From assembly GCA_965261665.1 (NCBI GenBank), contig OZ253467.1, positions 321,926 to 385,925 on the forward strand: a DNA stretch of 64,000 bases. Direction: 5' to 3'. The stretch comes from Dehalococcoidia bacterium (lineage in GTDB: Bacteria > Chloroflexota > Dehalococcoidia > Lucifugimonadales > GCA-2712585). A program made the position numbers and the translations under genes. Each line of letters opens with the position of its first letter. The first letter of the stretch is position 1. The notes below the pieces were generated by a model. The model saw only the letters and a program-made list of their open reading frames with translations, made no database searches and was not told where the DNA came from. Below, piece after piece: positions 7,745-17,263 of this stretch.

Positions 7745-10700
7745 GCCATAAGATGTTCTCGTGTTCCCGGTGTCAGACCAAGGCCCGCAAGGGGGAGGAC
7801 AATCTACCCAACGGGTTGCGGTGGTGGAGGTGGTGGACACCCACCGGTAGCGGGTGTTGTAGTAGGGGGCGTTGGTGGTGCAACTCTGCTGTTTCTCCCG
7901 GTAGACGGTGCGTGACTCCTCGCATTTCTTGTTCGCGCCGGAACCACGGGTGTTCCCGGTACGGCTGTAGCTGCCGTAGCTAGAATTTCTCACTCGGCCT
8001 GTGTCCGACCAGCTGCCGCATTCCTCCGGTATGACTACCCACCGGGTTTCCGTCCGGGAGGCTGGAATCCACTGGGTCTGGGTGTTGCCAAAGTTGGAGG
8101 TTCGGGTCTGTTCCTTCCGCCAGGCGATGGTGCGCCTCTGCTCTTTTTCGTAGACGAGGTTGATGTCGTCCTCTCGCGTTTCGCCCGTGTCCTTCCACGT
8201 ATCTTTGACCTCGTTGTCAATTTCTCCCGTGTCTTCCCACTCGTCCCAGGTCTCCCGAACCCACCGGATTTCTATTCTGGAGGCTTGAACCCACTGGGTC
8301 TGGGTGTGATTGCCTACATCGGAGGTGCGACTCTGCTTCTTCTCCCAAGTGGTAGTCCGGCTCTGTTCCTTCTCAAAAACATCGTCAACAGGATCTGTTT
8401 GCGTTCTCCCCGTGTACGTCCAATCGCCAGTGACTTCATTGCGCCTGTCCCCCGTATCTTCCCAAGGACCCCAGACAACGGGAACCCACCAGGTTTCCGT
8501 GCGTGAGGCGTTCACCCACTTGGTGGGGGCGCCGGCGGCGCAGTTGGCGCATCGCCGCTCCTTCTCCCAGGTGATGGTCCGCGTCTGCTCTTTCTCGAAG
8601 ATGAGCAATACCTGGTTCTCACGCGTGTTGCCCGTGTCCTTCCACGCGCCTTCTACCCGGTTGCGGGTCTCGCCCGTGTCCTCCCAAGTCTTCACAGGCG
8701 TGACTATGGATCTGACGGGATCGCTCCAGGGGCCTGTGCCGTCGTCGTTCTTGCCTCGCACCCGGTAGTAGTAGCGGGTGTTGGACTTCAGGTTGCCCAC
8801 CGTATAGGTCAGGCCCGTTGTGGGGTAGTTCGCATAGCCTATCTCCTCACCCTCTTCGATTTCCCCCAGCTGCATGTCGTAGCCGGTGGCTTCAGACACC
8901 GTATTCCAACTGACCGTCACGCTGTTGGCGGTGGCTGTAGCCGTTACGTTGGCGGGCGGCGGCGGGGGAGTGGGGGCGTTCACGGTGATGGCCACCGCGT
9001 CTGTGTCTATGGCCCCATCAGGGTCCGTAACCGTCAGCCTGAACCGCAGCGTTGTTGCACCGCTGGAAGGCGCCGGGAAAGTGGGGGCGGCGACGGTGGC
9101 GCTGCTGAGGGTCACATTAGGCCCTGCCACCTGCTTCCAGGCGTAGGCGAGGGTATCGCCGTCGGGGTCGCTGCTACCGGATCCGTCCAGGGTCACAGTG
9201 ACCCCGGAGGTTACTGTCTGGGCAGCACCCGCGTTGGCTGTGGGCGGAAGGTTGGTGAGGGCTGCTGTGTCCGTGGGGTCTGTCACTACCCGCACCACTA
9301 CCGCGTCTATGTCGCTCGCTTCATGGGTATCCGTGACTGTCAGCCGGAATCTCAGGTGGGTGGGGTTGGAGGGCGCGGTGAAGGTGGGGCTGACGGTGTC
9401 GGCTCCGGTCAGGGTGACTGACGGCCCCTGCGTCTGTGTCCATGCGTAGGCGAGGGTGTCTCCATCCCGGTCTCTGCTGCCCGACCCATCCAGGGTGACG
9501 GTTGCGCTTGGTGCAACCACCTGGTCGGAACCGGCGTCGGAGATGGGAGGGCGGTTGACTCTCACCCACTGCCACTCGGTGACGCCGTTGTGCATCCGCG
9601 TTTGTCTCTTCTCAAAGGTGGAACCAGAAACCCTCGTTTCGCCTGTGTCGTACCACCGCGATTCGCCGGTGGCGGAGCAGGCGTGGATGGTGACGTTGGC
9701 TGCGTGGGTGAGGTCGCCGGGGTCCGTGACTGTGAGTTTGAAGGATAGCGGCCCTGCCTGATTGGGGGCCACGAAGGTCGCCGTCGCCTGGTTCGAATTG
9801 CTGATTGTCACGGGAGTTACGGGAGCGATGCCCAGTTCGCCCAGGCCTAGCTGCTCCCACCGGTAGGTCAGGCTGTGTCCGTCGGGGTCGCTGCTCCGCG
9901 AACCGTCCAGGGTGACGGTGGAGCCTGCGGCAACGGCCTGCGTGTAGCCGGGGTTGGCCGTGGGGGCGCGGTTGGGGACGGTTACCGGCTTGCCCGGTGA
10001 GTATCCCGGGTCGCCGATGGTGTTCTCAAAGCGGACTTGCGCAGTCCACGTGCCCACTTGCCAATTGGATTCGGCGCTGGTGAGAACGTCCACCCACCGG
10101 TTGAGGGCGGTCCCGATGTTCTTGGTGACTGTGATCGTGTCCGACCCCAGCCCGGTTCCCAGGGGGCTAATGCCCAGCTTGGCCCGCACTTGGGATATGG
10201 CGGGGATGACTTCCGGAATCTCCGTTACCTTGACCTGGATTTTGTTGTTCAGGTACTGCACGTCCCACTGGTCTCCCGTTGGGGTGGGGGGTGTTTCTCC
10301 GGGGGTCGTTGTCCTTGCCCAATCAGTCCAAGGGCCGACGCCGTCGGCGTTGGTCATTCGCACCCGGTACTCATAGGTCTTCTGGGGTATCAGGCTACCA
10401 ATGTTGATGGATTCTCTCATCGAGGTATGGAAGGTGTGGTTCTGGCCGCCTTCAGACGGGGGTATGCCTATCTCAACTTGATAGCCGGTGGCTATGGACG
10501 GCCCGGTCCAGGTGATGTCCACGCTTCTGGCAGCAGCGGTGGCCCTCACACGTGTAGGGAGCACACTCTGTGCCGAGGGCCACACGCTGACTCGAACTGT
10601 GTCGGAGGCCGACAACGGTTCCTGGTCTGTGGCGGTGAGGGTGAAGAAATACACACCAACCACTTCCGGGGTGAAGGTGCGATGGACAGGTTCGTCAGCG

Positions 10701-11641
10701 ACGGGGTCAAGGGTTATGGTTACTGGTCCGCTGTCCTGAGTCCACGTGTGGTTCTGGGTTACATAGTTCCGGTCAGCGGAATCTGGGTCGTCGACGGATC
10801 CCTCAAGGATGACCGGATTGTTGGAGTTGATGACTCTGTTCGGGCCAGCATGGGCTATGGGAGGGCGGTTGCCGAAAGTGAGGCCCAGAGCTTCAGCCGC
10901 CTCCGATGCCCTGAACGCATATCCCGTTCTTCTGTCATTAGAGGCCGTAAAGAAGATGCAAGATAGCTGGTACTCGTCACCAACCTTCCTGTATAATCCT
11001 GCGCCGGAATCTCCACCTATGAGATCAACCGTGGAACTGAAGGAAACTAACCCTATGTATCTGAAGCCAGTAACCTCTTGCCTTGAGTTAAGGCCAGTAA
11101 CCGTGACTTTATGCTCACCGCTATTCCTCCCCAGGAAAACCAACTTGTCCCCTATCGAAGGGTCATAGGTTCCAGGGACAATTCGCCTGTCTGTATGTAC
11201 ATTTATCGTTTCTCCTGGCAGATGCTGGTCGTCGTGTCCGTGCAATGCAAATTTAACACCTACACCACTCTCCAGAACCGCGTAACCCACGTCCATTCGA
11301 TTATTTCCATCTCCCTCCAATCCCCCCTTTCGGTGAACCCAAGCTGGCCTGAGTATGTCCCACTGGGGCACAGTCGCTATGTGTCTCGATCCACTGATTT
11401 CATGATGATACACCCTATCACCACCAGCCGGCTGACTATTCCTAAGGCCGGTAATGACGTGTGCGTTAGTCACAAGGACAGCGTTCCCGTCTCTATCCTT
11501 GGCAATGATGGAAATTGTTCCACCGGGCGATGTCGCATCTGGATCGTCAACAGGGGAATAGGTACCATCCCCGTTCGGCCTTTCGGCTACTATCCTGAGT
11601 CCCGATGTGATCGTGTCGTGATGTTCGTTCGGTCTTGTCAT
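7739..11641 (-). CDS. Multidomain protein: N-terminal trypsin-like (S1) serine protease, PKD-like and fibronectin-III domains, and C-terminal ~75-aa repeats; truncated by the insertion
   Basis: 1300 aa. Protease motifs TNAHVI and GGDSGAGLY. PKD-type motifs (VTLDGSGSSDPDGDTLAYAW, three copies). FN3-type motifs (YEYRVRMTNADGVGPW, YYYRVRGKNDDGTGPW). Repeats of the form W.DTG.TR...EKEQ.RT..W.K.Q.RTS..G..TQW..ASR.E.RWV. Confidence 0.85.
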   Translation of the reverse strand: MTRPNEHHDTITSGLRIVAERPNGDGTYSPVDDPDATSPGGTISIIAKDRDGNAVLVTNAHVITGLRNSQPAGGDRVYHHEISGSRHIATVPQWDILRPAWVHRKGGLEGDGNNRMDVGYAVLESGVGVKFALHGHDDQHLPGETINVHTDRRIVPGTYDPSIGDKLVFLGRNSGEHKVTVTGLNSRQEVTGFRYIGLVSFSSTVDLIGGDSGAGLYRKVGDEYQLSCIFFTASNDRRTGYAFRASEAAEALGLTFGNRPPIAHAGPNRVINSNNPVILEGSVDDPDSADRNYVTQNHTWTQDSGPVTITLDPVADEPVHRTFTPEVVGVYFFTLTATDQEPLSASDTVRVSVWPSAQSVLPTRVRATAAARSVDITWTGPSIATGYQVEIGIPPSEGGQNHTFHTSMRESINIGSLIPQKTYEYRVRMTNADGVGPWTDWARTTTPGETPPTPTGDQWDVQYLNNKIQVKVTEIPEVIPAISQVRAKLGISPLGTGLGSDTITVTKNIGTALNRWVDVLTSAESNWQVGTWTAQVRFENTIGDPGYSPGKPVTVPNRAPTANPGYTQAVAAGSTVTLDGSRSSDPDGHSLTYRWEQLGLGELGIAPVTPVTISNSNQATATFVAPNQAGPLSFKLTVTDPGDLTHAANVTIHACSATGESRWYDTGETRVSGSTFEKRQTRMHNGVTEWQWVRVNRPPISDAGSDQVVAPSATVTLDGSGSRDRDGDTLAYAWTQTQGPSVTLTGADTVSPTFTAPSNPTHLRFRLTVTDTHEASDIDAVVVRVVTDPTDTAALTNLPPTANAGAAQTVTSGVTVTLDGSGSSDPDGDTLAYAWKQVAGPNVTLSSATVAAPTFPAPSSGATTLRFRLTVTDPDGAIDTDAVAITVNAPTPPPPPANVTATATANSVTVSWNTVSEATGYDMQLGEIEEGEEIGYANYPTTGLTYTVGNLKSNTRYYYRVRGKNDDGTGPWSDPVRSIVTPVKTWEDTGETRNRVEGAWKDTGNTRENQVLLIFEKEQTRTITWEKERRCANCAAGAPTKWVNASRTETWWVPVVWGPWEDTGDRRNEVTGDWTYTGRTQTDPVDDVFEKEQSRTTTWEKKQSRTSDVGNHTQTQWVQASRIEIRWVRETWDEWEDTGEIDNEVKDTWKDTGETREDDINLVYEKEQRRTIAWRKEQTRTSNFGNTQTQWIPASRTETRWVVIPEECGSWSDTGRVRNSSYGSYSRTGNTRGSGANKKCEESRTVYREKQQSCTTNAPYYNTRYRWVSTTSTTATRWVDCPPPCGPWSDTGNTRTSYGT

Positions 11642-11725
11642 AACTTCTCCTTATTTTTTTAAATTTGTGTTTTATGGTTGAGTAAACCTTGGGCATGCAA
11701 CCAGTGAACTACCGCGGCGCAACTA

Positions 11726-12415
11726 TCATTCGTCGTCCCGGCGAATAGGCACGAAATAGTCTCTGGCTTCGAAAGCGCTAAACTTTGCAGCGAGAACGGG
11801 ATACCCATTCAGGCAGCCCGGCAGCCAACGATGTAAATCTTCCCTCCTTCCACTCCAGGGATAATCGATGTAGGCAATGATTCCATGCTTTACGGACCAC
11901 CGTTCCATGTTGTCTGTGTCTTGATCACGAAGAGAAAGCCTATTGACCGCAACCCAAGCGAATGCGGGAATCGCCTTGAATCGCTCCTGATGCTCCAGGG
12001 CCACTCTGCCAGCATCTCTAACGGCTTCATACGAGCCTCTGTAGCTATACTCTCGCACATCCACCGACCAATCATCGTGGACGGAAACACTGAACGGTGG
12101 CGAAATCGACTCGACAATGGCCAGCGCGCCAAAATCAAAATCGTCAAAACATGGCTCCAGGCCCAATATGTCCTCATAGGGAGGGGTGCGCAGAAACAAC
12201 ACCGCTCCAATTGCAAGAGCGACGACGAAAAGACCGCCGCCAAAGATGGCTAGAAACATCGCCCTACGCTTCCCAGTGTTCCCTTGCCCTCCCGGCCCAT
12301 GAGCCGAGCTATCAGGATGAACAGCCTTTTCTGCGCATCCCACAGTCAGGCGCAAAGCAGCCGCTGCTACGATGAAGAGGGTGAGGGCTTTTGTTTGCCA
12401 GTTGTGGGTTTTCAT
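11726..12415 (-). CDS. Hypothetical lipoprotein / membrane protein upstream of the giant protease gene
   Basis: Signal peptide with a lipobox-like LTVGC, and a second hydrophobic helix (AMFLAIFGGGLFVVALAIGAVLFL). Confidence 0.5.
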   Translation of the reverse strand: MKTHNWQTKALTLFIVAAAALRLTVGCAEKAVHPDSSAHGPGGQGNTGKRRAMFLAIFGGGLFVVALAIGAVLFLRTPPYEDILGLEPCFDDFDFGALAIVESISPPFSVSVHDDWSVDVREYSYRGSYEAVRDAGRVALEHQERFKAIPAFAWVAVNRLSLRDQDTDNMERWSVKHGIIAYIDYPWSGRREDLHRWLPGCLNGYPVLAAKFSAFEARDYFVPIRRDDE

Positions 12416-12665
12416 GTGTGTCCCCTCCTTTGGTTGGCGGGTTTTGTTGAGCTTCTCGTGCTCTTCACGTAGACAAGATAGTAGAATATGTGTTTGTGTT
12501 TGTCAATGCTCTTTTGGTACATTAGTCCGCAGCGGTTGACGTTCCAAGAGTCCCTTTGAAGTAGAGGGCGCTGTTCTAAGTTCCGGTGTGGGTGGGTGCT
12601 GTCGTGGTTGGGGCGGGGGTTTTGTGCTATGCTGAGGCGCACTTGTTCTACGTCAACGCTCGTCT

Positions 12666-13499
12666 ATGAAATTCGTGGTTATTCAATGCCAGCGGCTGGT
12701 GGATTCGAAATACTTCGAACCCATCATCATTGCCATAATCGTGGCCAACAGCCTGCTTCTCGGGATGGAAACGTCCAAGACCCTGGAGGAGCGGTTCGGC
12801 GATCAGATGCGCCTGGGCAACCAGGTGGCCCTGAGCATATTCATCGTTGAGGCCATCATAAAAATGGTCGCCCTTGCGCCTCGCTCACACCGGTATTTCA
12901 AAGACGGCTGGAACGTATTCGACTTCATCGTCATAGTGGCGGCGCTCATACCGGCCACGGGCCAGTTTGCCGTCGTTGCCCGCCTGGCGCGGCTACTGCG
13001 GGCCCTGCGACTCATATCCGCCGTCAAAGAGCTGCGGCTCATCATCACTGCTCTTGTACGCTCGATTCCAAGCGTGGGTCACGTGATGATGCTTATGGGC
13101 ATCATCGTTTACATCTACGCCATCATGGGCTACCACTTCTTCCACGTCGACGACCCGCAGAACTGGGGCAGCCTGGGCAGGTCCTGCCTCACCCTGTTCA
13201 ACATCATCACCCTGGAGGGATGGACGGAAGTGATGGCGGTGGCGATGGAGATTAACGGCTACGCCTGGATCTACTTCGTCAGCTTCGTGGTGGTGGGGAC
13301 GTTCGTGGTCATCAACCTGCTCATCGCCATCATCATCAATAATCTGGACGAAGCGAAGCTAGAACGGTTGCGAGAACTGGAAGAGCCCGTCACTGCCGAG
13401 GAGCTGCTGAGGGAGATTCGGACCACCCGCGAATCTCTGTCGAGGCTGGAGGCCCGGATAGGACGGACGGAGGGATTGCGGAAAGGGTCACCGGACTAG
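12666..13499 (+). CDS. Bacterial voltage-gated cation channel (NaChBac/BacNav family, single 6-TM domain)
   Basis: S4 segment has Arg at every third residue (RLARLLRALRL). Pore motif LTLFNIITLEGWTEVM, compared with TLESW in NaChBac. C-terminal coiled coil (LDEAKLERLRELEE). Confidence 0.85.
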   Translation: MKFVVIQCQRLVDSKYFEPIIIAIIVANSLLLGMETSKTLEERFGDQMRLGNQVALSIFIVEAIIKMVALAPRSHRYFKDGWNVFDFIVIVAALIPATGQFAVVARLARLLRALRLISAVKELRLIITALVRSIPSVGHVMMLMGIIVYIYAIMGYHFFHVDDPQNWGSLGRSCLTLFNIITLEGWTEVMAVAMEINGYAWIYFVSFVVVGTFVVINLLIAIIINNLDEAKLERLRELEEPVTAEELLREIRTTRESLSRLEARIGRTEGLRKGSPD

Positions 13500-14449
13500 A
13501 GCCAGGGAACGCCGTTGCGAAGGACTCGCGCCTTCTCGTGGTTGGGGAATTTTTTTAGGTTTAGGCGCACAGCTTTCACACTTTGCCTGAGGGCGTTCTC
13601 GGCCCACGGCGTCGAGTTTCCCGCAGGGCCAGCGCCCCAGAATTCGTGGGGTGGAAGGATGATGTCGCCGTCCACGGGGTCGCCGGACAGCACATACTGA
13701 TTCTGGGCGGCGCATAGGACGGCGAGGGCGCAGAGAAGGGCGGCTCGGTGGTCGTGGTCGGTTATGGACTCTAAGGGAGTCGCAAACTCACGGCCAGGCG
13801 CTAACGCCTTGAAGAGACTCTCAAGATAGGGTTCCTCCCGCACTGCCACTTCCCAAAACACGTCGGAGGCGTTTCGATGCAGTGGCCGATTGCAAAAATC
13901 TACGTCGGCCAGAAGCACGGAAAGGAAGGCGTTGGGAAAGACTTCCAGGATGCGGGAGGGATGGACTGGGTAGGGGTGGGTCCCCGGGGCCAGGGTAAAG
14001 TGCCCTTCGTCCTGGAGCTGCAGGACAAGTTCAGCCAAGAGGGTGGCGTGAAGGTGAAGCTGCTGGCCTGATGGTGAGCTTGTGGCTCCCGGTTTGCCCC
14101 GTTTGGCGAAGACACCACGGGTCAGGAGCGCGTCGGAACTGCGATAGTGGGGAACGACGCGGAGGCCGGGCGTCAGGGGGCCGTCGATGCCGACGCCCAA
14201 CAGACGGACGCCGCGAGGCACGAGGTCGCAGATATCCTTCAGGCGTTGGCTTTCGGTTGTACCCGTGTTGACGCATCTCCAGCGGATGGAGAAAGGGGCA
14301 ACCTCCAGCAGGCATAGGCCGGTGGAGCGGCGGCGTTTGGAATAGCCAACGTCTATGCCAAGGGCGTACTGGACAGTTTCACTTTGATCCAGGCTCACTA
14401 TTTTGTCATCCAACTCAAATTTCCCTTTTGCCCATTGCAAACGTGACAA
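13496..14449 (-). CDS. DUF429-like predicted RNase H-fold nuclease (tentative)
   Basis: Motifs GIDVGYS.., LLGVGIDGPL and ILEVFPNAF resemble DUF429. No alignment was run. Confidence 0.45.
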   Translation of the reverse strand: MSRLQWAKGKFELDDKIVSLDQSETVQYALGIDVGYSKRRRSTGLCLLEVAPFSIRWRCVNTGTTESQRLKDICDLVPRGVRLLGVGIDGPLTPGLRVVPHYRSSDALLTRGVFAKRGKPGATSSPSGQQLHLHATLLAELVLQLQDEGHFTLAPGTHPYPVHPSRILEVFPNAFLSVLLADVDFCNRPLHRNASDVFWEVAVREEPYLESLFKALAPGREFATPLESITDHDHRAALLCALAVLCAAQNQYVLSGDPVDGDIILPPHEFWGAGPAGNSTPWAENALRQSVKAVRLNLKKFPNHEKARVLRNGVPWL

Positions 14450-14529
14450 TCCCGCAGGCGCTTTTGCCCGTGCTTAGTCCGCTGGATTATACTTGGGTCA
14501 GCCACCCAAACGAAGGCGGAGGGTCAACC

Positions 14530-16407
14530 ATGGCTGAACAGGTGAATCGTCCACTGGTATCGAAGTACGAACAGGTCCGGCAGAACGTGCGGACGTTCAA
14601 CGAAGTTTTGAAGGGGCTAGAGAGCTTGCAAGCCAACCTGCTGCGCTTCAAGTCCTGGTACTACTTGCCGGAGTTGGACGCAGTGGCCCCCAGCAAGTTT
14701 ATCGGGTTTGCCGATATGACCGGGGACTACTATGAGGCCAATCGTAAGGACGGGCTGAACGGCGGACTAACGGACCCCAGGCTCGGCAGGTGGTTCCGGG
14801 GAGTTGCGAAGAACTCAACTGAGTATCGACACGTCTTCGATAAGGTACAACGGCTGTTGGCGGACAACGGGAAGGCCTTCAGGAAGAAGCCGCACCTTAG
14901 ATTCCACGCTCCTTCGAGTTGGAAGGCTCCGGTGAAGGACCTGGGCATCTCGAATCGGAACCTGTATATCGGAGGGGAATGGGTAGACTCCAGCGCAGGC
15001 AGCAGCTACGAGGTGAGAAACCCAGCCCACCGGTATCACGTGCTGGCGGAAGTGCAGGCCGCGGGGGTCGAGGACGCTGAGAGGGCTGTGTCGGCGGCGG
15101 CGGGGGCCGCTTCGTCATGGGCAGCCACTCCCGCGCCGCAGAGGGCGGATATTTTGTACAGGGTCCACGAGCTGATGCGGGACCGCCGCGAGGAGTTCGC
15201 CCGTCTAATCACCCTGGAGGAGGGAAAGTCGCTGCCCGACGCTCGGGCCGAGGTGCAGCGCTCTCTGAACATCATCCAGTACGCCGCTGGAGAAGGACGG
15301 CGGATGTTCGGTTACACGACCCCGTCGGAGACGCGGGACACGGTGGCCTACACCCTTCGCCGCCCCCTGGGAGTAGTGGCCGTTATCACGCCGTGGAACT
15401 TTCCGCTGGCCATCCCAGCATGGAAGATAGCACCGGCGCTTATCTGCGGCAACGCCGTGGTCTTCAAGCCAGCGTCGTCCACCCCACTAAGCGCAATCAA
15501 GCTGACAGAGACCTTCATAGAAGCGGGACTGCCGCCGGGGGTATTGAACCTGGTCACCGGGCCGGGAGGCTCCGTGGGCAACTACATGGTGAACCATCCG
15601 GATATTGCAGGGATATCCTTCACCGGCTCCACGGAGATTGGAACGGGGCTCTATGCCCAGGCTGCGACGACCCTGAAGAAGGTACAGTGCGAGATGGGGG
15701 GCAAGAATGCCGTGATTGTGCTGGCCGATGCCGACATGGAGCAAGCCGTCGGCTCGGTGGCGATTGCTGCCTTCGGCTCCACGGGACAGCGGTGCACCGC
15801 AACCAGCCGGGTGATTGTGGAAGAATCCGCAATGGATACCTTCCTCGAAGGGTTGGTGGAGCGAACGAAGGGGTTGACGGTGGGAGACGGCCTGGATTCT
15901 CACGACGTGGGGCCGGTGGTCAGCGAGAGCCAGTTCCAGAAGATTATCGAGTACATCCAGATTGGCAAAGAGGAGGGGGCGAACCTGCTCCACGGTGGAG
16001 GGGCGTTGACGGGGCCGGAATTCGGCGGCGGGTTGTACATCGAGCCGACAATTTTCACCGACGTAGATCCGGGTATGCGCATCGCCAAAGAGGAGATCTT
16101 CGGGCCGGTGCTCACGGTGTTCTCGTGTCGAGACCTAGCCCACGCCATTGAGATTTCCAACAACGTGCAATTCGGCCTCTCGTCCTCCATATACACCAAA
16201 GACCTGACCAAGGCCTTCCGGTACATAGAAGACGTGGAAGCGGGGATGGTCCACGTCAATGCCCCGACGTTGGGGGGAGAGGTGCACTTGCCCTTCGGCG
16301 GCTCCAAGGCTTCTGGGGTGGGGCCTCGGGAGCAGGGCACGGAGGCGGTGAATTTCTTCAGCGAGGTGGTGACGGTGTACGTTGACTTTAACGACGGGCC
16401 GGCTTAG
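14530..16407 (+). CDS. NAD(P)-dependent aldehyde dehydrogenase with an extra ~140-aa N-terminal domain
   Basis: ATG at 14530 is preceded by GGAGGG. The ALDH core carries [27 protein letters not shown] (catalytic Glu), GQRCTATSR (catalytic Cys) and EEIFGPV. The N-terminal domain is paralogous to 17264..17689. An in-frame GTG at 14932 with GGAAGG upstream could also give a short canonical ALDH. Confidence 0.8.
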   Translation: MAEQVNRPLVSKYEQVRQNVRTFNEVLKGLESLQANLLRFKSWYYLPELDAVAPSKFIGFADMTGDYYEANRKDGLNGGLTDPRLGRWFRGVAKNSTEYRHVFDKVQRLLADNGKAFRKKPHLRFHAPSSWKAPVKDLGISNRNLYIGGEWVDSSAGSSYEVRNPAHRYHVLAEVQAAGVEDAERAVSAAAGAASSWAATPAPQRADILYRVHELMRDRREEFARLITLEEGKSLPDARAEVQRSLNIIQYAAGEGRRMFGYTTPSETRDTVAYTLRRPLGVVAVITPWNFPLAIPAWKIAPALICGNAVVFKPASSTPLSAIKLTETFIEAGLPPGVLNLVTGPGGSVGNYMVNHPDIAGISFTGSTEIGTGLYAQAATTLKKVQCEMGGKNAVIVLADADMEQAVGSVAIAAFGSTGQRCTATSRVIVEESAMDTFLEGLVERTKGLTVGDGLDSHDVGPVVSESQFQKIIEYIQIGKEEGANLLHGGGALTGPEFGGGLYIEPTIFTDVDPGMRIAKEEIFGPVLTVFSCRDLAHAIEISNNVQFGLSSSIYTKDLTKAFRYIEDVEAGMVHVNAPTLGGEVHLPFGGSKASGVGPREQGTEAVNFFSEVVTVYVDFNDGPA

Positions 16408-16442
16408 GCCGTCTCTTCGAGAAGAAGGAGCGAGTTAGAGAC

Positions 16443-16739
16443 GTGTGGTCGGTACAAGTAACCATCCAGAAGCACGAGGTCTTTCGCCCCAGCGAGATTA
16501 TCGCGGACCTGCGAACGGCCGCGGAAGCCTTGTACTTTCCCTTGCGGATGGTGGGGTTCTGGGACAGTCACGCCGACATGCACCTCTGCCCCCAAGAGCA
16601 GCGGCGGAAGGTGTGTCCACACCGGCTGCCTGAGGATGATGCCGGGTACATCGAGTATGAGGAGACCGCCTCACGAGACATGGGGGCGACGCTGAGGGTG
16701 GAGTTTCCGCACGCCAAGGTGAACCTGTATTTGAGGTAG
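16443..16739 (+). CDS. Hypothetical protein
   Basis: 98-aa GTG-start ORF downstream of the ALDH gene. Its C-terminal 30 aa has a diverged copy at 17143..17235. Confidence 0.3.
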   Translation: MWSVQVTIQKHEVFRPSEIIADLRTAAEALYFPLRMVGFWDSHADMHLCPQEQRRKVCPHRLPEDDAGYIEYEETASRDMGATLRVEFPHAKVNLYLR

Positions 16740-16913
16740 CGAGCAGGTTTGGGGGTCGGAGAAGGACGCGAAAATTATTGGCCTAGGGCGATCTACTAGG
16801 ACGTAATGGAAGGTGCGTAAGTGGTATGAAAACGGCCTCCTTTCATACTGCTGACTGGTATGTCTTATAATGAGCCGGGCGATTCGTGAATTATCCCGAC
16901 AGGAGTAAAGCAG

Positions 16914-17117
16914 ATGAACCAACTCCTACAAGAAGCCTTCGAGAGAGCCGCCAATCTCCCAGAGGGGGAACAAGACAGATTCGCCCGGTTCCCGCTGTCT
17001 GAGTTGGAATCGGAGCGTCGATGGGCTGAGCTTTTTGCGCGTACGGAATCTGAGGACATGCTGGAACGCCTAGCCGACGAGGCACTTTCGGAGCATCGCG
17101 CGAGACGATTGTCCTAA
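16914..17117 (+). CDS. Orphan antitoxin-like protein (addiction-module component type, no cognate toxin)
   Basis: MNQLLQEAFERAANLPEGEQDRFA..ELESERRW..LADEALSEHR matches, from memory, a common antitoxin family whose members are normally followed by a RelE/ParE toxin. No toxin follows here. Confidence 0.45.
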   Translation: MNQLLQEAFERAANLPEGEQDRFARFPLSELESERRWAELFARTESEDMLERLADEALSEHRARRLS

Positions 17118-17142
17118 CCAATTGCATGCAAATGTAGACAGG

Positions 17143-17235
17143 TACGTTGAGTATGAGGAGTTGACCACTTCCCATACCGTCGCAACACTGCGGGTAGAGT
17201 TCCCCCACACCAAGGTGAGCCTGTTATTCAGGTAG
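17143..17235 (+). pseudogene. C-terminal remnant paralogous to the end of 16443..16739
   Basis: Hand translation YVEYEELTTSHTVATLRVEFPHTKVSLLFR*, compared with YIEYEETASRDMGATLRVEFPHAKVNLYLR*. Confidence 0.4.
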
Positions 17236-17263
17236 GGGGAGCCGGGAAAGGAGCAGTGGAGTA

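Noticed and set aside
10037-10966. 309-aa plus-strand ORF, and other plus-strand ORFs across 7753-11662.
   Set aside because: They are antisense to the well-supported 1300-aa multidomain CDS and have no domain signatures. Long antisense ORFs of this kind are typical of high-GC DNA.
15117-16151. 344-aa alternative-frame ORF inside the ALDH gene.
   Set aside because: It is an R/G/P-rich shadow frame. The ALDH frame carries all the catalytic motifs.
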